Source: Eledone cirrhosa (lineage: Eukaryota). Taken from it: a DNA stretch of 64,000 nt. The translations under genes and the position numbers were made by a program. Shown one piece after another: positions 43,959 to 58,680 of the stretch (within the stretch, counting starts at the first letter, position 1; each line of letters starts with the position of its first letter). Under the pieces are notes generated by a model. The model was given only the letters and a program-made list of their open reading frames with translations, did not search any database and was not told where the DNA came from. The stretch lies in contig OZ024742.1 in assembly GCA_964016885.1 (NCBI GenBank), positions 124,000,001 to 124,064,000 on the forward strand. The letters are read 5' to 3'.

Positions 43959-43965
<7 letters not shown>
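42892..43965. mobile_element. fold-back element with ~450-bp inverted arms (42892-43347 / 43510-43965), PLE pLTR-like
   Basis: Arms are diverged reverse complements, each ending in an HHR motif; runs into (TA)n. Confidence 0.85.
43876..43943 (+). ncRNA. type I HHR motif (decayed twin at 42913-42980, minus strand)
   Basis: CCTTGT-CTGACGA-A-CGAATGAGGAC..GTCTTATTCG-G-GAAA-CC tct GG-TA-ATGAGG. Confidence 0.7.
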
Positions 43966-43998
<33 letters not shown>

Positions 43999-44128
43999 AT
44001 TACTATATACATATATATATATACATATATATATAGTAGTAATAAATTTGAAGAGTAATCAATCCAAAGTGGGCTCAATAAGGATGAATATATATCATAT
44101 ATATAAGAACTCTAGAGCAAATATTTAT

Positions 44129-44198
44129 TAAAATAACAGATTAAAGTTTAAGCAAAGAAACGGTGCTTTCTTTGCTTAAACTTTAATCTGTTATTTTA
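44129..44198. repeat. perfect 32-bp-arm palindrome made from the 3' side of the CAGAAGA HHR family
   Basis: TAAAATAACAGATTAAAGTTTAAGCAAAGAAA cggtgc TTTCTTTGCTTAAACTTTAATCTGTTATTTTA. Confidence 0.9.
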
Positions 44199-44396
44199 TT
44201 AAATAAGTATATATATATATATCATCATCATCATCATCATCACTCGTCGACTACTGTCGAGATGATGGATCTCACTCTCATGCCCCACAATTCCCCCTCC
44301 CCCATCGCTGCCCCCATATATATATATAGGAAAATGTATGAACCCGACGGTCCATCTGGTTCCTTACCACAATTCCTTCGTTATATATATATATAC

Positions 44397-44477
<81 letters not shown>

Positions 44478-44501
44478 GTATATGTATATATATATGTATA
44501 T

Positions 44502-44535
<34 letters not shown>

Positions 44536-44543
44536 ATACATAT

Positions 44544-44670
<127 letters not shown>

Positions 44671-44681
44671 CATATATATAC

Positions 44682-44714
<33 letters not shown>

Positions 44715-45622
44715 CATATATATGACAAAGGAATGACAAAGGAATATACTAACAATATAAATAATATATTCTAAATATTTAATATTTTATACAGGTTATA
44801 TCACTTTAGCTCATTTGAGGGAACATATGGAGAACGAAAATGAGGATTTTAATGCATTGCGTGAACATGTTTATATTAAATTATCTGCTTAAGTACTGGA
44901 GGTATTAAAAAAGAAACCTTAGAAATATGTTTTCTTAAACTCAAGGCTATATTGAACTAAACTAAATGTAATATTTAGTTTGGCACTTATACCGAATCGA
45001 AGATAGCGTCTTTGGCTAAAATCATAAAATATGTGGCAATACTTTGTTAACTAAACGTCTGTGGTGGTGGATTTTGAGATGTAAATTATTTGGGCCTCTC
45101 ACTTTCTATAATCGTTTCCATTTCCTGTCATTTTCGTTACATGCTCATGTATCAAACACGTTTTACACCAGTGACTACATTCTCCACTTGTGTAATGAGG
45201 GTTGTGATGGCATTTCATCTGTTCCTATTTAAGCCATCCAAACTTATCCATAATTACCTTACCTGGCACCCGTCCATCAGCTTAATATTTATCCTTTGCG
45301 TCTATGTGCGGCGACGCATGGCATATACATGTTGATAATTCTTGCAACATAGAGTCAAAATTCCAACCACGATGCACGAATCCCTTTGCCCTACATATAA
45401 ATATCATTGGCATCTACCATTATGTCGGTAGCATTAGAATGTCTCTGCGTATATAGCAATAGCCAACAATTAGGCAGACGTTGTTATTAAGCACTTAAAT
45501 GGAGATACTGTCTATGATAATATATACATAATAAGTGTAAGAAATATCTTAAAACATGATTTGTTTAACAATAAAATATGTTTATACATATATTTATATA
45601 TATATATATATACATATATACA

Positions 45623-45690
<68 letters not shown>

Positions 45691-45716
45691 TGTGTGTGTA
45701 TGTGTGTGGGTGTGTG

Positions 45717-46117
45717 TGTAGCGCTCTCTAGACAAAGGGAAGTAGCTAGAGTTACTTCCCATAGAATTTCTAGAATATTCCTTGAACTTCCGTTCTAGAG
45801 GTTATAAAAGAAGGACAATCTCTCTCTCTCTTTTACTAGCAGGCTCCAGAACTGACCCCACCAAGCACAGATATGTTAAGCCTTTTCTAATCCTATCTTG
45901 TATCTCAGGATTACACATATCATGGCACGAGATACCAAAAATTGTAACAAGCACACTTCAATAAATACAAGTCGTTATTGATAATCGTTTCTGAAATATT
46001 CGTCATGCTTCAATTATTACATCGTCATTTCTTTTACATCTTCTGAACAAATTAAATTGGTGGCTGGCATGTAGTGGTATTTACTCGAGTGGATAAGCCT
46101 ATTGCCAATTCACTAAA
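45717..46117 (+). repeat. 5' LTR
   Basis: TGTAGCGCTCTCTAGAC...CCAATTCACTAAA; matches 49822-50260. Confidence 0.93.
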
Positions 46118-46118
46118 T

Positions 46119-46142
46119 TGGTGACCCCGACGTGATTCGAAC
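46119..46142 (+). promoter_or_regulatory. primer-binding site complementary to tRNA-Trp
   Basis: TGGTGACCCCGACGTGATTCGAAC is complementary to the 3' end of metazoan tRNA-Trp as recalled (...GUUCRAAUCACGUCGGGGUCACCA). Confidence 0.85.
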
Positions 46143-46399
46143 CACGTGAGCCATTGACGCATTAACGCGTCAAGTAGCTAAACTGTTTCTTGATCGAGCG
46201 CCACGAAGTCGGTCTCTTTCTCCTCATGGACGTACCAACTCCCCCACCAACAGTTCTTTTTTGTGTTGGTACCATGTGCGTTACAGTGATAAGGCAAAAC
46301 ATTGTATTCAGCCCTGCTCTTTCGAAGCCTCGGAAAACTAAAATTGGAGAGCCTGGGCACGGCAGACCTGTCCCTCAATAATTCACCTTATCGTGCTTT

Positions 46400-49300
46400 C
46401 TTCATCAGAGACCGAGTCTCAAACAAGTCATTTATGGTGGACACAGGGTCTATTAGCACTATCTAGCCTTTACGGTTCAACTCTACCAGGCCATATTTTT
46501 CCGGCATTCCATTATATGTAGTGAACCAGTCTCCGATCAAAACCTATGGTCAAATATCTTTGTCGTTGGACTTAGCTTTGCGTCGAGATTTTAAATGGAT
46601 TTTCAACATTGCGGACCTACCTCATCCTATTCTCGGTGCCGATTTTTTACACCATTATTCACTTTTGGTTCATGTCAGCAGACATAAACTTGTGGATATT
46701 ACCACATCTTTATCTACGCCTGATCGTAGGTCTTCTGATGCTGTTGGCAGTCCCTCCATTTTATAGCTGCCTCTGGAAACCTGTTCCATTCAATTCTTGC
46801 CTCGTTTCCCGAGTTAACGCACATCTCATTTAAACATAATCAGGTAGTCCACTCGACTCGACACTTTATTACAACAACTGGCCCGCCTGTTTTCTCTCGT
46901 CCACGGAGGTTGGCTGCGGATAGAATAAAAAAAGCGCGAAACGAGTTCGAGCACATACTCCAGCACTGTCTTATACGATCGTCCACCAGCCCATGGGCAT
47001 CTCCACAGCACTTGGCTCGAAAGGGTGAAGCGGATGTTAGGTCGGTGGGAGATTATCGAAGATTTAATGCCATTACTACACCTGATCGTTATCCTTTACA
47101 GGATTGTTCATCCGTTCTGTATGGATGCAAGATATTTTCTAAAATGGATCTGGTGCGGTCTTACCATCAAATACCCATGAATCCAGAAGACATACCAAAA
47201 ACAGCTGTGACCGCCCATTTGGTTCGTTTGAATTTTTGTCCATGCCTTTTGCTTTGCGGAATGCCTCTAGCACGTTCTAGCGTTTTATCGATGAAGTCAC
47301 GCGTGGATTGGATTTTGTGTTTGCTTACGTGGATGACCTCCTGATAGCCAGTGACACAGGTGAACATCATCATCAACATCTATCACAGTTATTTCAATGT
47401 CTTCAATCGTACCAAGTCAGAATCAACCCAGCTAAATGTGTGTTTGGTACAGCTTCACTGGAATTCCTTGGACATCTTATAGATTCGAAAGGCATTCCAC
47501 CTCTGCCATCTCAGGTGGAAGCAATTCAGCGTTTCGCCCCGATACCCCCCCCCCCCCTACAACACTGAGACAGTTACGTCATTTCTTGGGATTAATTAAC
47601 TTTTATCGTCGTTTTATTCTCAACTGTGCTGAAGAGTTATTCCACTTGACACAGCTTTTAAAGGATGCGAAAAAGAAAAATGCACCCATTGCATTTTCTG
47701 CCGATAATTTGCAATCGTTTGAATCCGTGAAGTCCGAAATAGATGAAGTTTATATCCTCGCCCATCCTGTTGCAAACGCGAGGCTTTCTTTGACTGTTGA
47801 TGCGTCTGATCATGGTGTTGGAGCAGTTTTGCAACATACGATCAACCACCTGGTTCAACCACTGGCATTTTTCTCACGCCAACTTAAACCAGTGGAACAG
47901 AGATACAGCACCTTTGACAGAGAACCTTTGGCGTTCTATCTTGCCATGAAGCACTTCCACCATTTTTTGGAAGGGCGGAAATTCACGATATTCACGGACC
48001 ATAAACCGCTAACATTCGCTCTTGAATCCAAGTCCAACAGGTACTCTCTGAGGGCATATAGGCATTTGGATCTCATCTCCCAGTACAACAGTGACATTCG
48101 GCATATTGCCGGAGTTGCCAACACACTCGGGGACGCACTGTCTCGACTTTCTGTGCGTTCTCTTGCGTCTCCTGCACATATCAATTTGGTTGCTATGGCA
48201 ACTATCCAACCTACTTTGGACATTTCATCTGACCAGTTCTCCTGCTGCAAATTGTAATATTTACCTCTTCCATCTTCTGGAGGGAAAATTCTCTGCGATA
48301 TTTCTACTGGCTCACCAAGACCACTTGTTCCAGATTGCCATCAACGTACCGTTTTTGATGCACTTCATTCCTTGTCGCATCCCCGCATAGCTGCCCCGGT
48401 GAAGCTCTTCACGGATCGATTTTTCTGGTCTAATATGCGTCGTTTAATCACCGTTTGGGCACGTCTTGTTTGAAGTGTCAGAGCCCTAAGATTTATCGGC
48501 ATGTTCGTGCTCCTCTTGGTAAATTCAGCCCACCGGACGCCCGTTTCCGTCACATTCACATGGATATTGTTGGTCCGTGGCCCGTTAGTCGTGGGTTCAG
48601 ATATATATTGACCTGTATCGATCGTTTCTCTCAGTGGCCTGAAGCCATACCCCTAGTTGTTATCACAACCGAATCTGTTGCCCGAGCTTTCATTTCCAAT
48701 TGGGTAGCTCGCTTTGGTGTTCCTTCTAAAATAACCCCTGTTCGCGGAAGCCAGTTCGGGGCTTCCTTATTTCGTGAAATATCACGACCTTTGGGTGCTC
48801 AACACATTCATACGACCAACTATCACCCAGCCTCCAACGGAATGGTGGAGAGGATTCACAGACAGTTGAAAGATGCACTCCGCGCTACTCCTGATCCGCA
48901 ACGTTGGACCGAATTTTTGCCAATCGTGCTTCTTGGTTGTCGTTCTGCCCTTAAAACAGATTTGGGTTTCGCCCCAGCTGAACTTCTTTATGGTACCAAC
49001 TTGACTCTTCTCTGTCAAATGTTAGCACCGGTTGATTCATCGCATCATGATCTAACATCATATGGCACCAGTATTCGGTCTTACTTTTCAGATCTTCCAC
49101 CAATGAACCCTCTTGACCAGTGTATTTCTTCTGCTGTTCCATCGGATATCTCTACCTGGACATACATTTTTATACAGAATGATTCCGTCAAGGGACCGCT
49201 TAAGTCACTCTATAATGGACCTTTTCGTGTTCTTTCGCACACACCAAAACATTTCACAGTGGCTGTCAATGGTCGAAAAGAGACAATATCCATTGATAGA

Positions 49301-49477
49301 GCAAAGAGGGCTTTCTCTGAAAGTCACATTACAATGCCTAACATACCTCTTGACATTCACTCCTACACCAACACCTTCACCTCCACCGCAATCACCACAT
49401 ACCACACAACCTATGTCACACGAAGTGGTAGAACAGTAACATGGCCACATAAATTGTCAAAAACTATATACATTTAA
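46400..49477 (+). pseudogene. pol (protease, RT, RNase H, integrase), frameshifted
   Basis: MVDTGS and ILGADFL (PR); SPWASP, DYRRFN, YHQIPM, YVDDLLI (RT); VDASD, FTDHKPL, DALSR (RH); HMDIVGP, CIDRFS, YHPASNGMVERIHR, GPFRV (IN). Confidence 0.93.
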
Positions 49478-49821
49478 CCCCTAGTAGCATCAATAAACTC
49501 TTCTCAGGTTCATATAGAATTAGTATGTACACTGATGATGTATGAACTATTTGATTTTGAAGAAACTTTGAAGTTACCATTCAGCATTAATTTTTCTCTG
49601 ATCCTTTATGTTAACTTTGAATTATCAGTTTTGTTACGTTTACATTTTTTCTTTGTAAAATACATTTACTTGTTCTGTAATTTTTGCTATTTGCTTCAGT
49701 TGCGAGATCATTTTTTATTCATGCACTTTCTTGTACCTTTGCTTTGCTCCTCATTTCTTACGGGTTCTCGCTACAATGACCTTCGGTTGGTTATTCGACA
49801 TCTCGTCTGAGAGGGGAATCT

Positions 49822-50382
<561 letters not shown>

Positions 50383-51662
50383 TGTGTGCATGTTGTACCC
50401 CCGTCAGTTCCGATAACGAGTGTTTATTTGTTTCCAAGTCATTTAAGAAATAGCAATGCTTATAATAGCATTCGTATAGTTAATATATAACATGTTTTGC
50501 ATTTATTTGAGAAAATTTGACTCTAATTTGACTCAATCCGGATTTGGCCTCAGTCGATGTAAAAACTGAATGGAAACTTCATGGAAGCAATGCCTTTTAT
50601 GACAGTAATTTTTCACAATAAGTGGAATATCACAATTAACATAATACACATGCTCTAATGAAGAAATCTTTATAAATATATCATGATATAGAATAAAATA
50701 AGGAAGATCTTAAATTTCTTATGATACCTAATGTAAATTGTATACTTAAAGGATGCTAAAGCGCTATCAACGTATAGAGAACACATTTTGCTCACGTAAA
50801 TACAAGGTCATTTCTCTAGTGCTTTATATATAGTCTATTGTGCAATTCCAAGTAAATACTGTTGCTCTTTCTCCCTAGCTATGCACTGTCTAAAGGTGTA
50901 ACAGTAAGTCTATACTTCATGAATTATATTACATATTGCATAACAGTATTTAAAGGAGCTTTAATCACTATACCTAACAAGTAGATCGACTTCACAGATA
51001 CACATTTGTTAAAGTATAAGACGTAGTTAGTATATTTATTTCTGTTTAAATGTTTTCACATTCTTAATATTCAAGCTTATAGAAGTATGCCTAATCATAT
51101 GTCACCGCATCCAATGGGTGAGGAAGTCGCATGATCCCGACTGAGAGTATGGAAAAGACATTGATACTGAATATGGCGTGGTTTCATTTACGTAATTATT
51201 TTCTGACGCTACACTCTTTTCAAGAGGAGATAAATAATTTGCTATTATGAAATGAACACTCCCTTATAAAATAAATGATTTGCTTTCAATATATCACTGT
51301 CGTGTTGACCGAAAAATGACAAGGGGACATTTCAATATGAAATATATACGCAGATAATTTTTACTAAAAGAAATAGGTCTTCACTAAGATTAAAAACGAA
51401 GACAACAAAAAACGTTAACTGTATAACGCGGTATTCCAGGGCTAATGAGCCCAACACCTAGCATATTTTCATCAATGATAAAACCGAAAATAACTACATA
51501 AACAGCTGAATAGCCGATGACGTATGGAAAATATCGCATTTCATTGCGGCGTAGATTCAATAGTATTTCGTGAAGTCATTGATTCTTAATATATTAAGGT
51601 GAGAAACTAATTTATAGTTCCCCAGTTCGAATATACATGTATATATACATACACCCCCCCCC

Positions 51663-51708
<46 letters not shown>

Positions 51709-51774
51709 TACATACATACACACTTATATATATATATATATACACACACAGACATATATATGTATGTATATGTG

Positions 51775-51840
<66 letters not shown>

Positions 51841-52024
51841 TGTGTGTGTGTGCGCGCATGTGTGTTGAATTCGGAGATAATGAATAAAGAATATTACTTA
51901 AAACGTATAAAAACTGTGAAAGATTATAACATACCAACTCCTAAGTACAGATGTATAAAGACGTATACATTGCCACACAGCTCCACACACGAACACACAC
52001 GAGCATACATCTATATCAATTATT

Positions 52025-52129
<105 letters not shown>

Positions 52130-52262
52130 TTCTTCTTGAGATGGTCGTGGGGTTAGGGTCCTCAAACTCTCCTACCAGCTATCAAGAACAACCATCTCCG
52201 GCTGGTTTTACACGTAAATCTGTCCGGAGACTTTTCCCGAGACAATATAACCTCATATTCAT

Positions 52263-52303
<41 letters not shown>

Positions 52304-52322
52304 GCGTGTGTGTGTGTACATA

Positions 52323-52369
<47 letters not shown>

Positions 52370-52373
52370 CTAC

Positions 52374-52509
<136 letters not shown>

Positions 52510-52517
52510 AAGTATAA

Positions 52518-52559
<42 letters not shown>

Positions 52560-53064
52560 GTATAGGTATACAACCTTACACTTTGGGTATACAGACATGT
52601 AATCTATCTAGATATACATCTCACTCTGCAAATGGTAAAAAAGATAAAAGTCGTTAACCGATGTCTAACCAGGTTGTGTTTCTGTCAGATATTTATATCA
52701 TCTAAACTACGTATTAAGAGTGTTTATATAACCCGGACCCACATAATGGTATAATGAAATATATGTGAGAATTTCGCATTATTAGGGCACCTTATCCTAA
52801 TAGATTTTCATATAGATTAAGTTGTGACCTAAGCAACCGTTTTATAGTATATATTAGTATATGTATATATAATGTATGAGCAAAATTTTATAGAAATTTT
52901 ATGGAAATTTACCTATAGCTATATAGACATATATCGATATGGGTGGGTAGTATGTATTTACACATTAATTGAATTTCCTTTCGTTTTTTTAGGGGAAACA
53001 CATACCTTCTAGTTAAATCTCAACTAGTTTAGAAAATCGATTTATGATATTTATCATTTCGTTT

Positions 53065-53411
53065 TCAAATCATCCTCTGACGACGTCGTTCAACGGAGTT
53101 CTGGGGAACCTGACTGCACCGTGGCGACAAGGGAAAGTGCGAGCCTGAACTCTTCAACCGGCGCGGTACATTAACAGCCTTTCTGTGACTCGAATGGGAG
53201 AATACCAAGTAAGAGGGCTTCACCGATAGTGTTTGATGACTAGCGTGCCGGATTGACACATGTATCGCTGTCTGGCTGCAATGTTTGACGTTGTTCTCGT
53301 AGATGGTGTTGGCCATAGGACGACACGAGCTTCCTGCATGTTTTCGCAAACTGGTCTCATCAGGAAATGAATGTGCACTACTCATGACACTTGCTGAACA
53401 TTTCATGAATT
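53065..53411 (-). CDS. candidate terminal coding exon of an unidentified gene
   Basis: Non-repetitive, relatively GC-rich open frame of about 115 codons (FMKCSASVMSSAHSFPDETSLRKH...ERRRQRMI*), preceded by ttaatgcAG; no recognisable domain. Confidence 0.35.
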
Positions 53412-54889
53412 CTGCATTAAATATTTGGTGAAGTTTCTACATTTATTCACGTGTTCAGAGAATCGGCATCCAATATCGCACATAATGATATAACTTCACG
53501 ATGAATTGATTAAATATGTCTGTACGGTAACTATGGCACACTACGTAGTAGATATATGTAATATACAATTCGTGTCTGAAACTACAAATAAACGATAAGC
53601 TTAAGATAGGAAATACTATAAATAGCACGTGTTTCCGATATTAACTAGTGTTCCCTTTAAATCTATTTCTCCCTTTTGTCCTTTATTTATTATTCAAGAA
53701 GTGGATGACATATAACAAATCATGTCACCTGTTATAGAGATGCTGTTGCCCATGGTTTTGCTGCGTTAATTAAAAATAAGAAAAACAGAAATACCGATGA
53801 CAGGGTTAATAGTTTGGTCAATAATGGATAGCAACACGCTAATATCCTGCAAATATTTCTCTTTTGATGATTTTTATCCCGACTCCCCGCCCGAGTTTCA
53901 ATGCATTACTTTCATCCCCATTTCTATTCTGATTGATTTCCTTACTTTAATTGATCTGTAAAATTATCGTCTGGTGGTCAACACCAGTTTCGCCTGTAAG
54001 CGACTACAATAATATTGCGAAATAAAACATCAATCAACAATAGTAATTCACTGCATCTTCAGCAGCTGTTGTATCTAAGAGAATGGGGGGTTAGAAAAAA
54101 AGCAGAAACGAAGAAAACAAAACAAAAACAAAAAAAAAAACATCATTGTGTTGAACAAAGTAGAAATCAAGCGAAATTACAAAGAAAACTGCAAACAAAA
54201 TGTTTATAAGGTCAAACAACAAACGGGTGGCTTGTAAAATCATGAAATTTTTCTTAATGGCAGCTGTCTCCGATATATGGTCGATTTCTCTAAATCCTGT
54301 TGTAAGCATTTACTTTCAGATGCTGAAAAATATATACATGAGAATGCTGTTTTTATTCTTCTTGACATCTTTGTTTTGATATATTTTCCACGGGATTCAT
54401 TTTTTTTTCTTTCCTGCTTTCAATAACTAAAGCTAGCGATTCAGGATCAGAGTATAATATCACTAGCAATTGTTTTCTTTTGGTCCCGTTTAAAAGATTA
54501 AGCCAGATGGATATGACAAAATATCAATTTAATCTCATGCAACAACATATAAGATGTATTGCAATTCTTGTTTTTATATTTTCACTCGCTTTCCAGAATA
54601 GTAAGACTTCAATTTCTTTAGGTTATATTTGAAGTATATCTTCTGATGTTCAAAAGGGTAGTAGCATAGCATTAACTCTAACTCCACCTATTGAAATATT
54701 GATCTATGCAATATATTACTTAATATTTAGCTGTTTTATAATTTTTTTTCTCAGAAATTTCACCATAAAATTCAACAACAGAATTATATATAAGAAAGCG
54801 ATTGAACATTTTGAGGTTTTTATGGATCATATTATTTATTTTAACTGTAATATATTATGATATATTACCAAGATTTATGCAATAATAAT

Positions 54890-55265
54890 AATTGTTTCTA
54901 TTGTTGGCACAAGGCCAGCAATTATCCCAGTGTATTACTGGTACTTTATTTTATCGACCCCGTAAGGATGAAAGGCAAAGATAACCTCGACAGTATTTGA
55001 ACTCAGTTCGTAAAGGGACGTAACTCTGCTGCAAAGCATGACGTCCGACCCTCTACCGATACTGCCAATCCCCAAATAATAATTGTTTCTACTTTTTGGC
55101 ACAAGGCCAACAATTATCCAGTACATAACTGGTACTTTATTTTATCGACCCCGTAAGGATGAAAGCCAAAGTTAACCTCGGTGGGATTTGAACTCAGATC
55201 ATAAAGGGACATAACTATGCTAGAAAGCATGGCGTTTGACCCTCTACCAATACTGCCAATCCACC
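54890..55265 (-). mobile_element. two tandem SINEs (family 1)
   Basis: Head-to-tail copies at about 54890-55075 and 55080-55265. Confidence 0.9.
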
Positions 55266-55849
55266 AATAATATCTGTATATATTATAGTTGAAGATAGGT
55301 TGATTTCTATCTGCTGGTGATTTATTACATAAATTCATATCAGCTTCCAAAGTTTCACCAGGTAGACGGATATCTAAACTTGACAATGTAATCACAAATT
55401 TAGATTTGCTACAATAATACAAAATGTAATTGGGTACAGAACGCTAATGCTGTGCTCCTCAGGAGTCATAAAAAACCTCTTAAAAACTTGAAAATATTAA
55501 AAGAATTTTCCAAAGAATTCAAAAACGTTCTCTATCTTTCACAGTTATCCCATCCTCCCCTACATAACCTTAAGGGTGTGGCGGTGTTGCAGATAATGGG
55601 GGCCACTGTGTTGGGAAGGGATTGCTGTTACTACTACTATAACGAGCACTGACTAGGACAGAGGAAGAGGAAACCGGCTGCTTGCAGAGTTCATACAGCG
55701 ATAACTTGTTTTCGAAAGGTTGATGTAGTAATATATGACAGAAATTGACTCACACTTCCACCAGGGTCTATACAGAGGTCGGCCGTCTCGGAAACAAGAT
55801 GAACACATACTGCAGGAGAAAAATGGAGAACGAAATATTGATGTCTGTG

Positions 55850-56790
55850 TGTGTGAATGTATATAATTAATTGTGCATAATACTGTCTACTTTTGCATGT
55901 ATTGGGCTATGTATTGAGATATAAGGTGGAGTATTGAATATATTCTTTTTATTTTACATAATTCTTGAATATCTATTGCTTGGCATGTTATATTCCGTTG
56001 TCTATCTATTGCATTTGGAGGAGAATTACTTTTAGTTATTGGAGTTATTTACTCCGAACTTCATAATTTGGAATAAATTGTGCCACATCTCACTAGATTA
56101 AATGAAATATTTGTCTTCATTAATGTTGAGTGGCTTGAGGTGAGGAGCATGTGTTGTCTATTATCTGTTGGTTTGTGGTTAATGTTAGTTTCAATGTTTG
56201 TGTTTTTTTATGATTAGGATGTCTATTGATAATTGGATCTTATTATAGATGATATTAATTAGAGACTGACATTCATTGACATGGCTCAAAGTGTGCATCC
56301 ATAGGATAAGTCAGTAATAGAAGTAACGTTTCCAGTTTTCTATTATCTGTGTGGAGGTTCAAGCCGTGTTCAACATCTGAACTTCCAGGTATGACATTAG
56401 TCCAAATCAGAGCAAGTTTTGTACCTATTGCAATCCCTAATATTTGTTTGCATATAACTGATTTGTAGAATGAAATTTAGTCCTTCGGTGATTAAACCTT
56501 TTTCTATTCTTTCCGGGATTAGTTCATTTTTCGAGAATCACAATGTAGAGGCATATTACATCAACATATACCACCGTAATGTCTCAGTTGAGGGTGTTAG
56601 TGAGAAGGTTTATGAGTTCCAGTTCCTCACATATAAGGCTTAATATCTATTTAAAAAATTGTTATCAGTAAAATCGTTATACAGTTACTGAGTCTGTGTG
56701 TTTTACAATTATAGCCCGCTAAAATTGGTCTTAATATGAGATTGTTGGGTGTTATGTTTTTACTGGTTGAAGTGGGTTCTTTATAGCCAT
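55850..56790 (-). mobile_element. highly decayed PLE RT fragment
   Basis: ILRPILAGYNCKTHRLS resembles the PLE RPIVS..N..T..LS motif, followed by a VDV..LY-like motif; boundaries approximate. Confidence 0.5.
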
Positions 56791-57597
56791 CGTTAATCAT
56801 TTTGCTTTTGTGTGTAAGTACGTATGTGTGTGTCCGTGTGTGTGTGTACGTGTATATATATGTGTGAGTGTAGAGTATAAGCATGTGTGAGTGCATGTGT
56901 CTCTATTCATTGCGTATGAATCGACATGTATGTATGTCTGTTTGTATGTACATATAGATGCATATGTATGTGTGTATGTATATATATCTATGTACATGTA
57001 TGTATATAAGTGTGTGTGGATATATATATGCATGTATGTTTGTGTGTGTGTGTAGAGAGAGAGAGACTTATGTGCGTGCGTGGCTCTTGTGTCTAGTTGT
57101 AAGTATGGACAGATTCATGTCTGTGCACGTCTGTACGCCTGACAGCCTGTCTATGATTGTTGAATTTTCACAGCTTTCAATTACTTCTCCCTTTCAATAT
57201 TATCCACAATCAGACAATCCCTTTTTTTAATTTTTGGACTAAAACATAAACTGTCTTTACTGACACGAAAAATTAGTAAGGGCTCGTCCAAGCCTGACAC
57301 ACCCCCACAAACCCCTACTTCCTGTTTAGACCAAAGTAATTTTTTGACTGACCAATAGACATTCTAAAACGCTCCCAAAAGCGTGCACACACGCACACAC
57401 GAATCCTTAATTGCTCGCCTGCTCACGCAAACACGTACATAAATATTCGTGAATACACACCTGCATTGGCGCCGCACCAATTACACCAGAATACACACAT
57501 ACGCCATCAAACAAAATGTGGGGCCGATGCCTATACATATATATATATAACTTCTCGGCCCACATACCATAATAAAAATATATATTTTGTCACATCA

Positions 57598-57682
57598 CCA
57601 GTCTGAGCAGCAGATCGATACTGGATTCCATACATCTTATGGGTCACCTTGAGCCAATCCTCTGCGAAACGCGCGTAACAGG
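57598..57682 (+). ncRNA. type I HHR motif with extended stem II (G8 changed to C)
   Basis: CCAGT-CTGAGCA-GCAGA..(46 nt)..TCTGC-GAAA-CGCGCG-TA-ACAGG; palindromic ACGCGCGT stem III. Confidence 0.6.
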
Positions 57683-58034
57683 TATATACGCAATAAATAT
57701 GTTCCATATGTAAATGAAACTTTCTCGTTTTTTTCAATTTTTTCAATTATAAATATTTCTATATATTTAATATATATATAAATATAAAAACCCGTAGGCA
57801 ATTTTTTATTATAAGAACATATTAATCTTTAATCTGTTCTTATAATATATATATATATACCAATAAACGTAATGAAGGAGTAACCAATCGTCCTTCTTAT
57901 CGTATTTCACTATAATACACTATGTCTAGCTCTAAATCTCGACACCGAAGTGAACCTAAACATCGAGTGCTCACCCCGGTGAACCTACAGTAACACCAAA
58001 GTTACACTCCCTGGATATATAAATACATATATGT

Positions 58035-58135
<101 letters not shown>

Positions 58136-58176
58136 AATGTATGTATATGTGAATGTATATGTGTGTGTACATATGC

Positions 58177-58233
<57 letters not shown>

Positions 58234-58238
<5 letters not shown>

Positions 58239-58680
58239 AGTTATTCCGGTTTGAATCGGAGGTAACCACAGTAAGTAAGTTACTCAATACATAGCAGAGT
58301 ATAAAAGTGTTAATATAGATGAGATTCTACAGGACTAGAACTGTTTCATTCTTTAGAAATCATCAGGAATCTTGCTTTCCAAAATAAATGTTTTGATATT
58401 TATATCTTTTCAGGTTAGGAGAGAGAGGGGAGTGGGTTGGGTGGAGGTCATTGGTTGAAAGAAAAGGGAATTCATTAAAAGCTAATTCTTTAAGGCTATA
58501 ATTTATATTTCTAGTGACAAAGGCAGAGAGAATTCAAATTGGGGTGCCATTCATTATTTTAAGTTTCTCTTAAGCTAACAATGCTTATATTTCAGGTGTC
58601 TATAAGATGGTTGGGGATCGGTCATGGTTGATGAATTTAAAGAAAAGGGAAATTCTTTAAAAGCTAATCCTTTAAAGCTC
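58234..58680 (-). mobile_element. PLE 3'-end/pLTR fragment
   Basis: Contains an HHR, ends at (TA)n, and has an internal ~60-bp duplication (GGTCAT.GGTTGA...AAAAGGGAA..TAAAAGCTAAT). Confidence 0.55.
58322..58372 (-). ncRNA. type I hammerhead ribozyme motif, canonical core
   Basis: Minus strand AGATTC-CTGATGA-T-TTCTaaAGAA-T-GAAA-CAG ttctagtc CTG-TA-GAATCT; 6-bp stem I, 4-bp stem III, GUA site. Confidence 0.8.

Noticed and set aside
44795-44892. Possible exon after ttttatacAG translating (G)YITLAHLREHMENENEDFNALREHVYIKLSA*
   Set aside because: No similarity to the expected next CA exon and short enough to be chance.
50879-50903. 25-nt microexon-like site (ctctttctccctAG...GTaagt)
   Set aside because: Stops in two frames, including the phase required after the CA exon; no supporting homology.
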